The position numbers and the translations under genes are program-made. A DNA stretch of 63,787 bases, the filler included, from Choristocarpus tenellus KU-1152 (Eukaryota > Protista > Phaeophyceae), in assembly GCA_964200185.2 (NCBI GenBank). It is 12 parts of 12 records of this genome, joined end to end, with 100 filler letters (N's around TTAATTAATTAA, not from the genome) between each part and the next. Parts side by side here need not be neighbours in the genome. Positions count along the whole stretch, not along the records: positions 40,447 to 43,055 come from CAXNAD020026309.1; positions 43,156 to 47,140 come from CAXNAD020016797.1; positions 47,241 to 49,778 come from CAXNAD020026953.1; positions 49,879 to 54,115 come from CAXNAD020015546.1; 8 more parts are not named here. One strand, 5' to 3'. Shown here piece by piece: positions 40,347 through 52,700 of the stretch; the first letter of the stretch is position 1, and every line of letters begins with the position of its first letter. Below the pieces are notes generated by a model. That model worked only from the letters and a program-made list of their open reading frames with translations, was not told the DNA's origin and made no database searches.

Positions 40347-40620
40347 NNNNNNNNNNNNNNNNNNNNNNNNNNNNNNNNNNNNNNNNNNNNTTAATTAATT
40401 AANNNNNNNNNNNNNNNNNNNNNNNNNNNNNNNNNNNNNNNNNNNNCGGATGGGTTAAGTTATTGCCCCTCCCCCTGGGCGGGGCCGCACGGGCCCCCCC
40501 GTGGTAGCCCCCCCCCCCCCCCCCCCCAAGTTACTTTAAGCCTATAGTCTTGGACTATGTGCAGTCACTCTCATTGCAATCAGTTTATTTCATTCGCCTT
40601 GGTCAGGTCATTTCCCCTAG

Positions 40621-40770
40621 AAATCACTGTCAAACTGCACTATACAACCTCTGTTCAGCAGCAGTTAGAACACTTTGCACGGAAGAGGAAAAGAACGGTT
40701 TGGACCGATGCTGAACAGAGGAAGTACTTCCTTGACAGAGTTATGTACTACTATAAATATTTTTCTCAAG
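40621..40770 (+). CDS. Putative isolated exon, unknown product
   Basis: ccctag|...caag|gtattg; ITVKLHYTT...RKRTVWTDAEQRKYFLDRV. Confidence 0.35.
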
Positions 40771-41577
40771 GTATTGAGTCGGCACTTATCATTCACAATG
40801 AAGCAAGTGTCGGAGAGCGAGCACACCTGTTGACTTGAAACTCCTTAAGGATACCTCAAGGGAATGTGGCAAGTGGAAGATGAAGGGTCCTATTACATTG
40901 CAATCTCTCTTAGCCTACTACCGCCATCAATTATTGCAATGAAAGCGAGCAAAAATGAGAACTAGCATGTAAAAACACTTGCGAACTGCTAGGCCCCTCC
41001 CAGACAAGCTGGGGAGTCTCTTAACCTTGCAACGTGTGCACATGCCACTGTGTCTGAGACCCCATCTGGTAGTCGATGGTGTTTAGTTGGTGGCCAGACA
41101 ATCATGGTTCCAAGTCGCAAACCAGGCTCATTTACAACTCGCATGTAATATAAATATAAAATTGTGTGTGTGAGCTACTCCAGGTCACAATATGTGCATG
41201 CTTCGACGAGAGATGGAGAACTTAAAATGGTGACACCGTAGTCAACGCACTTCCATTTATCTCTTAATGTGCTGATGGGAGTTTAGAGCTGGAGAGACAA
41301 AGATAAATCATTTTTTTTTCTTCTAATGAATCGCATTTAATGATTATCGTACTTCCATTGGTTACAGTAGAGGAAGGTTAACTTTTGTGACATTGCCGCC
41401 ATTACCTCACTCTTCCTCATCATATTTTCTGTTGTATCACCCAACAATAATCTCTGAAGTGGTTGGCGTAATTTCGACCAATTAATCATTGCGTGGGTGG
41501 GCCTAGTGAGCCCCTACTCAGGGTCACAGTCAGCCCTAAAGTAGAGAATATTGACCCGGTGCCTGTGTTACCTATGT

Positions 41578-41752
41578 GACTCAAAGTATCCGGGGGGGGG
41601 GGGTCTACACCAGGGTGTCCATTTGGGCCAAAATCAGGAAAAGTGCATTTACATTGTCCATCCGACGTATGCAACCAAATCACCCAAAAACAGCGACGTG
41701 AAAAAATCGACCCCAAATGGACAGCCGCCACCCTCCCCAAGATTCTCCGAGC
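41578..41752 (+). mobile_element. MITE family A, 3-bp TSD TGT
   Basis: GACTCAAAGTATCCGGGG...GATTCTCCGAGCC flanked by TGT. Confidence 0.9.
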
Positions 41753-42875
41753 CTGTGTGCCAAGTATCCACCGAGCCTGTTTGGCCAAACACGGGAACTC
41801 CACATTGTAGCCCCTCCACCCCCAAGACGAGCAGTTAAATACAGATGTATTCGCATCATTCCACCTTTCATGTGCTTGGCATGCAAAACACGTGCCCTAG
41901 TATTGGTAAGCTATAAGCTCCGTAGTGGAATCTTTCTCACACACTGTCACCTGTGGGTACTGTCCGTCTAATCTTTGCTTATGGCATAAGGGGCAGAAGG
42001 TAATTGCATCATATCTTCTCTAATCTACTTGCAGTGCTCTTTATATACAAAGTATATAATACATCTATATATATATATATATATCTGTCTCTATGCTTTA
42101 TGTACTTGTTCTCATTCATTACCGATAGTCTCGAGATCCAGAAACTATCTGTTGCCGTTTTGTTAAATATATTGCACTTACTCAGGAGTCACTGTCTCCA
42201 TGTTGAGGGTCCCCGTGAAAAGTCGTAGGGCTAGGGATATCATATGTGCTGCCCTTTTTGATTGATTCAATACAAGGGACTTGTGATAATTGTTGATTGT
42301 CCAGCATACACCATACCACTCAAGCAAGTCGCAATCCTGTGTGGCAGAAAAGTAGTATAGAGAGAACAAAAAAAACTTGTGTTTATCAACGGTGGTCAGA
42401 GTAGGTTCCAGTCGCCCAACCCCCCCCCCCCCTCGGTTTTTGAATACATCATTGCATATATTTTTGAATACACCTATGTGCTACCTTTCCCCCCCCCCTT
42501 CGTTGTCTAGTATCCAGGGAGAGGTAGAACGTTGGTGTGTACTGATTGGACATCGACTTGACTCACTCACAGCTTAGTTTTTATCTTTATTGAGAGGATG
42601 TGACGGACCTGTGGACCTCAGCTATTCCTGCGTCCACTAGGTCCTTCCCTCCTCCTCTTCAGTAGTTTTTTTTTGTGATCACATACAAAGGTTTGATGTA
42701 CAACTCCAGAGTATATTCCTGTTGAACTGCTTGTAACCCGACTGTTTCTCCCCCACCTTGGCAAACACAGCGTCTGAGTAAGAAGAATGGAAACTACATA
42801 GGGAAGGTCACATTCCGTGTCAGGAGGAATGAGGCCACCATGTACACGAACGACCAGGTATCCTCTGACTTCTGT

Positions 42876-43055
42876 GGGCAGAAGTATCTGAGGGGGGGTG
42901 GTGGCTGTCCATTTGGGTCAATTTTTTCATGTCGCGATTTTTGGGTGGTTTGAGTTGCATATGTCTGATGGATAATGTAAATGCACTTTTCCTTATTTTG
43001 ACCCAAATATGGACACCCTGGTGTAGACCAACCTCTCAGAACCCCCCACCCCCCC
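42876..43055 (-). mobile_element. MITE family A, inverted, ends at the gap
   Basis: Homologous to 40174-40346. Confidence 0.88.
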
Positions 43056-43162
43056 NNNNNNNNNNNNNNNNNNNNNNNNNNNNNNNNNNNNNNNNNNNNT
43101 TAATTAATTAANNNNNNNNNNNNNNNNNNNNNNNNNNNNNNNNNNNNNNNNNNNNCAACAAG

Positions 43163-43198
<36 letters not shown>

Positions 43199-43849
43199 AG
43201 ATACTTTGACCCTTTTCTCTTTCTCTTTCTCTTTCTCTTCCTCTCTCCTCTTCCCGCTGTTCTCTCATTTCACCGATATTCCTTACTATTCTTCTGTCGC
43301 AATACCTGTATCTTCTGTTTACTTAGAGAGTGTGTATTCGGTCCGTTTCCCGGATCCTTGAAGACCGTGAAAGGTTCTGAATCGGTTCTATAAAATAATA
43401 TCTTGCCCAATCCCGGTCTCGGCCCAACCCCACTAAATTTCGATGGCGTTGACCTGGCCTTTCCAGATAACATTATTACCGAACTGGATTACGGTCCAGC
43501 CTCGTCCCAGTTTCTTGTTCCAGTGTAAGGCCCTGGGCTTTCACTACACAATCAGTTAACCTGATCACGACCACCAGCTGGTTTGCAGCCCAATCCAGTC
43601 ACATCTCTGGACGCCCTGACCTTACCGTCCTTCTAAAAAACCCTCACCTAGACCCGTCAGTGGCTTGGTCTCTGATCGAAAACTCGGGTGTCCTTACGCA
43701 ATCCTGGCAAAGATATTTCCCAAGGTCGGTCTACGGACTGGTCCAGGTCAAGTATCTCACACAGTTCTGTTTGAAGGAGATATGTCTTGATGTCGGTTTC
43801 ATAAACGCCATTATGACCTTGAAGTCCAATAGTGGTACCCGTAGGTTCA

Positions 43850-44926
43850 CCCTCTCGGGTTGTCTCGTCATAACTTTTGATGTAGAAATCGGATTTAAAA
43901 AAAAAAGCACATCGTGATACCCGTCACAAGGCCCTCCGGAGTACGAGTTTCGATTTTTTTTTCACGATCTTTTTTAAAGAGTGTTCATATAGGGGTTCAA
44001 ACCCTGGATTTACGTCGCCAAGAGTGGTAACAGATGTACTATTACTTGATTGAAGTATATATAGCTGGGAAAAAAGACTCCCCACCCTTTCTTCCTGTGT
44101 GTTCGCACATCCATTCTCTGGCCTCGACAAAGGATGTCCTCGTTGAGGCCGAGAACGAAACGCCTCTCGAAGTGCCCTTGCTCCAATACCTTGATGTGGC
44201 CCTTAGTTATGAAGTCTCTCTCCCATTTACTCACAGTTTCCGACCTGACCATCACATATCCTGCTGCCACCTCGAGTGCCGTTTGACGGTCTTTCCTGTC
44301 GTTCATACACAGGTACAGGATTCGCAGTGTCAGAGCCTTTACTGTCAAATTTCCTCGTTGAGCACTGGAAATGGGCGTTATTTATGTTTTGGGGCGGGTG
44401 ATATTTTATCATCAAGGTGCAAGGGCGAGGGAGCACAGGCTTGAGTTGATCGAAAATTGTGTTGATTTCTTGAATGAATGCAGGCGGGGAGAAAGTATTA
44501 ACCAACTTTATACGTCCAACCCTAAGTCCAGGAACAAAAGCTAATGTACGGCAACTTGCAAGAAGTGGGAGACACCAAACCATCGGTGTACAAATAGTCT
44601 CAATGTTACCTCGTCTTCTTCCCTGGTGTCCTTGTCGATGTCTACCTCCACCTGCTTTGCAACCTCTTCTAAATAAAGGATTTGGTGGTATCGAAAAGCC
44701 TCCACAGCTGCCTTTGTTACGATCGCTTTTTCTCCTCCACCTTGCGAGCCCGTTTGACCTTCTTTCAGGCTTCAGAGCCCTGATAGCCCAACCCTAACAC
44801 CCTCTTTCTCGTTTTCTTAAGCCACTCCGACTCGCACACCTTCCAAACAGCCAGGGCCTGCTGCAACTGTCGACTACTAAGATATTCTACACCCGCGTTT
44901 GCGCTTAGGCGTTTCCTGAGCGCAAT
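43850..44926 (-). mobile_element. IS630/Tc1-like transposon deletion derivative retaining the N-terminal HTH region
   Basis: Shares 43850-44040 with 31570-31760 and 44882-44926 with ~32327-32370; encodes TALEVAAG..SETVSKWERDFITKG..QGHF..LNEDI. Confidence 0.7.
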
Positions 44927-45479
44927 GGCATGCAGTCACAATGCTCTCTTCCCCAACCTTCCCTTCAGCTGGCCACCCCGGTTCTCCCTTCACCTACCAT
45001 GACCAGGCTTCCCAACAGACTTCATTCCAGGTAACAAGGAAAGGCAAGTGCAGAGACTGAGGGAGAATTTATAGAGCAGAGTATAAGAGCGGGAGTCCTC
45101 CTTAGCTACTGGTGATCCCCGCACTTTGGCAAATGCTGGAGTGGCAAAACGACCCAGGAGAATGCTCGAATTGCTGGTGGGATTGGGACAGCTCCTTCCT
45201 CGGTTATACTTGGCTTTTTTTTCCCTCACTGCCATCAGCAATCAATAATCGATACCAGTCTGGTACTGTTTGTAGATCTGTTAGCACTCATCTTTCGTAG
45301 GGTAATGAGGCTCGGTTTGAGCTGGGATGGTTTGAGCTGGGAGGGAGTGCAATTGGAATTTACTTTCTGCTACTCAACATTGATAACGAGAAGTCTTTTG
45401 GAAAATGTTGGTTATGGGAGCTGCTGAACCCAGGCTCTAATCAACGCAACCAGATGGATTGATGTGGGAGTACGGTGTG

Positions 45480-46240
45480 CGGTTCATTCATGTTGCTGTG
45501 TTCAACATCTGCGAATCAGACAAACATGCGGCAAATATGCTCTTCTTTCTCTTCTGGGCGCCCCTTACAACATCCGTTCGTATGCTTGGTCCATGCGTCA
45601 CAATTCGCAATAGCTTCTTCACGCTTTGTATCTGCTGATTTTCAACCCATCAACAGAACTCCACTCAATCAGGCGAAAATCCTGCTACGATCCTATTGAG
45701 TGCTTCTTTGTCTCACTCGCAACAGCCAAAAGGAACTACTGCCGACCTTCCACGATTAGGATGGGGTACTAAGAATCACTTATACTCACGGAGTGTTGGT
45801 CATGGGTAACATGGGGGAAAGATTGGGGGTAGATTACCTCATCAATGAAACCTAAAACGATAACAACCATGACACATCCCCCACATGAACTATTGAAACG
45901 CTACGTCTCAGTAGCAACTGCACTCGGATGGGATATGTCAAAAGTATACCTCTTCCCACAGATGGACTCCAAGGCAGGAACCTCTCCTGATCCAGCTAGA
46001 CGAAAACTCCGATTGACTAGAGCCATGATGACGACAACACCTAAACAGCATTTCCAACATGCAAACACATATCAGCAAGGAAGCATTCATTCATTTAAGG
46101 TGGGAGGAGCCATTTCCCAAGCCCTTGCGGGGGTTGGTATGCCAATGATAATGCGATGAGCCTTTTATAAGAACCCCTGCACAGTGTGGAGATGCACAAG
46201 GATAGTGGAACTTCTAAATCCAGGTGCTGATTCAGTTTTC
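45480..46240 (+). mobile_element. Tyrosine recombinase relic, DIRS-like retrotransposon
   Basis: YLFP...SIHSFKVGGAISQALAGVGMPMIMR*AFYKNPCTVWRC matches the YR C-terminus HSxRxGGA...IM..W..Y, with degenerate catalytic R/Y and a stop. Confidence 0.78.
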
Positions 46241-46564
46241 CAAGTTAATGGATTTAATTGCTTATTTTCAGGGTGCTCCTGAAGCTTACCTCCACAGAAT
46301 GTATAGCTCCCATTTACAGGCCTATAGATGATACTGATGCGCACGTATAGGACTCCTGACGCACAAGTCGTCAAGTATGCTGGATCTCTCATTTGGATTA
46401 TCATCAGTATGTTTATGAAACCGCGATCAAGACATATCGCCTATAACATTTATACTATATTTAAGGAGATCAATGAGTTTCCCGTCGGTTTACAAAGGAA
46501 GTCTTTGTCAGCTTTCTCACGCTCCACCCCTATGCTCCAAAAAAAGAGATGATGATCACACACA

Positions 46565-46821
46565 AAGTCAAAGCATTTAAGACGGTAGGGCCGCGTCCGT
46601 TCGAGATCATGAATCCTATGTTGCGATTTTGATGATTTTTGGCCATCGTGTTTGTTAGCAAGTGTCAATATCCTTGCTTCGGATGTACCTTTCATAGTCG
46701 TACACATTGTAGGTAACACTGTTCACACAGAAACCTAAAAAGGGCTTAAAAAAAACGTGGGAAGTCAAGCCCCGGATGAACAAACAGGGCAAAATCCCTA
46801 CCCTCTTAAATGCTCTGGGTC
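46565..46821 (+). mobile_element. MITE family C copy, TSD ACA
   Basis: AAGTCAAAGCATTTAAGACGGTAG...CTACCCTCTTAAATGCTCTGGGTC; homologous to 8594-8873. Confidence 0.88.
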
Positions 46822-47636
46822 ACAGTATCACTCTCTCCCTTCATTTCCCATCGTTTGAGTCTGGGATGATATATTGAGAATGGCGTAGGGGATCCATGCG
46901 CGGCAGAGGACATCACCCACATACATAAGACACGGCCAACTTGAATGAGTGGAAATATAAACAACTCGTGACGATGCTCACGTTTGGCAGTTACAAATCA
47001 GGTGTATAGCAAAGTAAAGGGGAAATGGACATGTCATAATCTCAATATCTTCGGCAAATACAAAGGAGGTATATACAATAGAAATAACAAGGCATCGTAT
47101 CGATACGAAATGGGTCAAAGTATCTGGGGGGGGGGGGGGGNNNNNNNNNNNNNNNNNNNNNNNNNNNNNNNNNNNNNNNNNNNNTTAATTAATTAANNNN
47201 NNNNNNNNNNNNNNNNNNNNNNNNNNNNNNNNNNNNNNNNTTCAGCTGTAGTTACGAACACGGGAGGCACACTCACGGCTCTGATCCGTTGCAGAGGTTT
47301 CATTTCGACTATCGTGGAGATGTTTACCCTCAGTTGGCGGACGGGCCCCGCCTGTTGGTCGATGAAACCTTCTGCAGAAGTTGGGCCACCTCCGCCTTCC
47401 TCTCCTCATAGTGGCACTTGACCCAGAGCTCGTGCATACCGCACTTCTCGTATGCGAGCCTGTACATCATTCACGTAATGTCCGGAATTCTGGGCGATTT
47501 TGCAATAATCAATAAGTGCGGTGCAGAAAAAGACGCTGATGGTGTATTTTACAATGCAGGGGCGCATGGCGACGTATGGGTGCGCAGGAGATACGGAAAA
47601 GGAAACAAAATACTCAACACCAACTGCGCAATTTAC

Positions 47637-49778
47637 CGACCCTTGGAGCTCTGATGTCCACTTCTCCTTGGGCACAATCTGCCTGGTGCTCGAGATAAGC
47701 ATCTCAGACATGTGCGCGTCCGATTCGATCTCCTTGTGGTCCCTCGCCGTAGGAGGCTTCCCGTAGAACGACTTGTATCTGCTAAAATAGAATTGCCACG
47801 AAGGGCGTCAAGGAGAACGATGCGCAGGTTATGAAGAGGAAAAGGTCGCCACTGCAGCAAAATCCATCACTCAATTGTCGTACTTCCTAAGAGACAAGAG
47901 CGCACATACACAGGCAACACGCACTGTAGAATTACCAGAATACTACGAAGGGATTTTCGTTCGACACAACAATGGCCAACTAAATTCTTCATAGTAGGAG
48001 ACACTTATTTCACACTCCTGTGCAATGTGCTGCGACCTGCATAAACTGTGCTTACTGCTGCCTACAATAAAACACGATGGTGTTTTGACTTGCCTAGCAA
48101 GCAGTTGGATGCATAGCCCCTGCTTGAGAGAAGTGAAGCCGGCAAACTCCTAGGTCGTCAGATAGTTTAGTGAGATTGCATTGTGGTCAATCATTGGCGA
48201 CGAGGAGTCACACACTTCCTTCAGTACACTTCCTTCAGTACCTCGAAGGACTCTGGTTGCAGGGAGTTTACGCCAATCTGTCATTTTCGTAGAGTTGACT
48301 TCAACGGGGCAGTAACGCCCACCTTTGCGATGGGCAGAAAACGGAAAAACATTATGCACACAGCCAGCGAGGATGAGGCATCGTTATCACCACGCCAACT
48401 TTGTATATATGTGTGTGTGTGTGTGGGGGGGGGTTTCAGGCAACACCGTCGATAAAACAATCAAGAAATAATTATTATTGCACGTCTGTGGTTAACCACA
48501 CATACATACTACATCGTCACCCGAATGTCAATAAGTTGGTTGACAGGGTATCTAAACGCGGGATAACTATCTCAACTTAGGTTAAATAATTCGACACAGG
48601 GATATCTCGCAACAGCTGTAACCCAACTAGAAGAGGAATAGAGCGCGACCATCCCACCAATGTCGACAACTCTTTCACCTTTTGGTATATTTTGTGGATA
48701 TCTCCTAGTGACACTTGTTTCTTCTTCCTCTGTTGCTTGATAGCTTTTTGGAGCTTGTGTTGAAAATATATCTTATCGTATAACGTGCGCTCAACCACAC
48801 TCTGAGTGAAAGTATCTTAGAGGGTACGAGTTTTGCCCTGTTTGTCCATTTGGGGCTTGGCTTCCCATGGGTTATTTTAAGACATTTTCCCACTTCAAAA
48901 GTTTAGGATTAGTTAAAATGTATACGTTATGAAACTTGTGTCCAGAATAAGGATATGGACACTTCCTAACCAACATGATAGCCAAAATAACATCAAAATA
49001 GTAACATTGACTTTTGGCCCCCCAAATGGACGCAGCTCTACCCTCTAAGACACTTTGGCTCCTCTCTGTCGCGTCGTTGAATACTATAAGCATAGTGGTG
49101 CAGTGGGCGAACGGGACAAGGGTTAGGTGGGGAGCGATCGCGGGACACACGCGGCCTGCGGCATCGAGGAACATGTTGCTGTGGACAGGAATACCACGAG
49201 GGAAAAAAAAAGTTGAGCAATGAAAAGATCCACAATGGGCTGACTGACAATGAACATAGCAAGGGAAACTCGACAACAACTTCGTGTATCAGAATAGTCA
49301 TCAGGCGATCACGGAACAACGAAAACACTACATTACTTCGGTGCTTGGACGATCAGAACGATCAGGCGATCATGGAACAACGAAAACAGTCCATCACCCA
49401 CCATTGGCAATTAGCCTCTCTTCCGAATGCTCGAACTCCATGTAGATCCGCATGGTGAAAGCGTGCTCTGGATCAAACACTCTCTTCAGCACAGTTACTC
49501 TATGGTTTCCATCCAATACACGCCCTTCAATGGCAAGCGCAGCTTCGGCATTTAGCTCATCCATATTACCTAAACGTTCTCGCTGGATGACAACAATTGG
49601 AGCAAACTGATCCAGCCAGCCTTTCTCCTTTATAGACTTATGAACACGCACAAGGCCACACTCGCTTAAAGGACGCACCATATCTGTGCATGTGACGTGT
49701 CCTAGTTTCATCTTGTATGACCCCAGATAATGTTTATCCAGTAGCTGGGACATGCCAGTAGGGGGTAGGTCCTGCGTT
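47637..49778 (-). pseudogene. Multi-exon ParB/Sulfiredoxin-fold domain gene, disrupted (exons 49402-49753+, 48679-49083, 48094-48322, 47637-47778)
   Basis: VRPL..VHKSIKEKGW..APIVV...RVLDGNHRVTVL; four exons join in phase after removing the MITE plus TSD and a 14-bp duplication; two in-frame stops in exon 3. Confidence 0.75.
48804..49061 (-). mobile_element. MITE family B in exon 2 of the ParB-like gene, 4-bp TSD CTCT
   Basis: CTCT on both flanks; removal restores the frame DATES-VVERTLYDK. Confidence 0.95.
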
Positions 49779-52700
49779 NNNNNNNNNNNNNNNNNNNNNN
49801 NNNNNNNNNNNNNNNNNNNNNNTTAATTAATTAANNNNNNNNNNNNNNNNNNNNNNNNNNNNNNNNNNNNNNNNNNNNCACTTTTCCTGATTTTGGTCCA
49901 AATGGACACCCTGGTCTAGACCCCCCTCCCCTCCCAGATACTTTGGGTCTAATCTCTGTTCCTTCACCATGAATGTTAGATACGACTGGAACTCCACTTT
50001 TCTACTTAATATAATAACCGTCAGGAGGAATGTAGTAGGTCAGAACATGCCCTTGCCCCACTCGTGACATCCAAGCGATCCGACCCTGTCTTGTTTGCCC
50101 TTCCTATTCATATTTCTCCTCGACTCAACCTCCTGTGAATCTTCCGTCTTCCCCCTCCCCTTCATACCAAGACCCTCTGCAAGAAGACTATGTGTTCCTC
50201 ACTAAAAATAACCACAAAAGACAATACTCCGTGTATGTATAAAAAGTCCAATTATTTGCGTGTATAGTATAGATAGTGGGTATATCGAGGTTCTAACCAA
50301 TACGCCCCACAGGCTGTCTTTTGGTTGGCAGAGACCCTCTATGTGAGACATGAAAGGCAATTTAGATTTGGTGGTCATACTACAGAAAATTATAAATACA
50401 TAGGAAAACTGGGTTCCATATTTTTTTAAGTAGTAGTAAAGGAATACAAAGAAAGGCCCTCCACCTCCCTTACAGGTTCAATCCTCAGGTTTTAGACCTC
50501 AATCAGACCATAATCTCATACCAAATTGTTCAACGGTCTGTGTTACAGTTATATATTTGGAGAGACTAGTAATTGTAAATATTTGTGAGTTTGAATTATA
50601 TCGGAGACTGAGTTCTACACTAAGTAACGAACGTATTCATCGTTTTAGAACCCTTGTACATCAGAAATTATCTATTTGGATGATAGTTTAATATAACAGC
50701 TTTCTAACCTTTGATCATCTACCATTTTTTTCGATTCCGAAATGCTCAATTACGGAGGTAATTGTGTTTAGGACTGATGGAAAGGTGGTGTCATACCTGT
50801 TTGTTTCCACAACGAATCCGATCATCAACACCTTGCACACCCATTCGTCTTGTTCCAAAGTACTATTCGGATATTGTTATTGTTTTGTATGAAAATTAAT
50901 ATTGGATAATTGATAGTTAAATGTTCATGTCGTATGGACACAAGGTTGTTCTGATGTCATTTACTCTTTCATTTTGATCCCTGAGACACTTTCCATCGAG
51001 TTTGGAGGTGAGTGTACAGGAAGAGGTTGGAAGAAAACTGAAGAGGAGGAAGACTGTGATTGGTAATTACGAAATATCAAGGCGAAAAGACCTCTTCCTT
51101 TTTGATCTTGATCAAGGCATCCCAACCAAATAGTCCGTCTTGATGTCATGATCGCTAAGCAGCAAAAAAATGGCGTGAATCAGGAGAGGTGACATCATCT
51201 ACTATTACTAATGTTTTCTCCACTCACACGGCCCACTCGAATATTTGGTAAAATGTGTTGGATTATTTTTCAGCACCCTCCACTTCCCTCCTCAAAAAAT
51301 CGATGTATGACGGAAACGATCACCCTGTTGATTTCCTCAGGTATAACAAATGATAATTCCTGGCAGTACTAGTAACCAGTTTGTCTAAGATGCCAACCAC
51401 CACTTTTGGGACGGAGATCTTGATTCAACAACCATACCCATACTTGTCGTGACGTGGTTGTGGAAGAAGCGACAAGAAGACAAAATGTTAGAGTACGTTA
51501 AGAGTTGACGGTGATATCGTGATATCGAAATATCAAAAACATAAACACAGATACACCATTGAGTGAAAACGCGTTGGTGTGTGACTTTATTTTGTTCCCT
51601 TTAGATATCACATACTACCATATAGGTCAACCATATATAGTTCATTTTAATTTCAAACATTACGCTTAGATAACAACAGCTGGTGTTAACATGTTGACAC
51701 CATTCAGAACACGATTTACTGAGAGTAGGCGTAACAATCTATGTCAGACACTAATTCACAGGGTATTCTAGATAATATAATTATAGTGAGTGCGACAGAT
51801 TTCACGTTCACTAAAACCCAAAAAGCATGTTCCTAGTATGGCCATGAAGATGTGTACACTCCCGAAAAGAAGGTTGCCGAAGTATTTGAGGGATGATGTC
51901 GTATTGTGGATGTAGGTATCAAACACCGTATGGAAAGGCCTCTCCATCATGGTCCGTGCTAGGCATTGAAATGTCCAACAGGGCCTACTCTTCGTGGGGA
52001 ACCTGATGGCCACAACCTCCCACTCTAATTCATCTTGTGAAAGGTACCATTTTTTTAGCGATTGGACACATCATATGCTAGAATTCAACTGGGAAAACTA
52101 GTGTACATAACAACAGCATATTTTAAGCTTGAGTGTTGCTATAAATATATGAGTTACCACTTCTGTCCGTGGTATGTATTATGTTACGGACTGGAGTATG
52201 ATTATGAGATAATACATATTATCGTTTCTTACCTCGTGTATTTTGAACTGGAGTGTTGTATGGACATAACGTGTAAAAGTATCATAAAGCAACAACACAT
52301 GTTATGTGATAGCAGAAAATGTAACCTTATTTCTGTACTATATTTGAGCGTAACATAATGGTGAATGCCATAGGTGAATACATCACAACGGGACATGAAC
52401 ATGCACTATCCTAGATTAGGGTATTTTGTTGTTGGTGGTAATCTGTAATAAATTGCTCAAGTTTTTCCCAACGACTGGGAATCCACATTTGGCGAGAGGG
52501 AATTTTGTGTGAGGAGCAATCGATGTGGATTCCAACATCAGCAATCATCTATTGCCATGTTTTTGGTGGTGCTTGTCTTGCAGGAGCTCAAACAAGTAAA
52601 GCATCACTCCTTGTACGTAAATGAGTGTTGTGATTTGATCCGCAGAAGGCATATGACTCTGTTGACCACAGCCCCCTCTGGGGTACTGCTAAGTTTGTTG

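Noticed and set aside
49394-49753. Sulfiredoxin call
   Set aside because: It lacks the catalytic Cys of GGCHR and has a long C-terminal extension.
45480-49778. Single element combining the tyrosine recombinase and the ParB-like gene
   Set aside because: They are separated by an artificial spacer at 47141-47240, so adjacency is not evidence of linkage.
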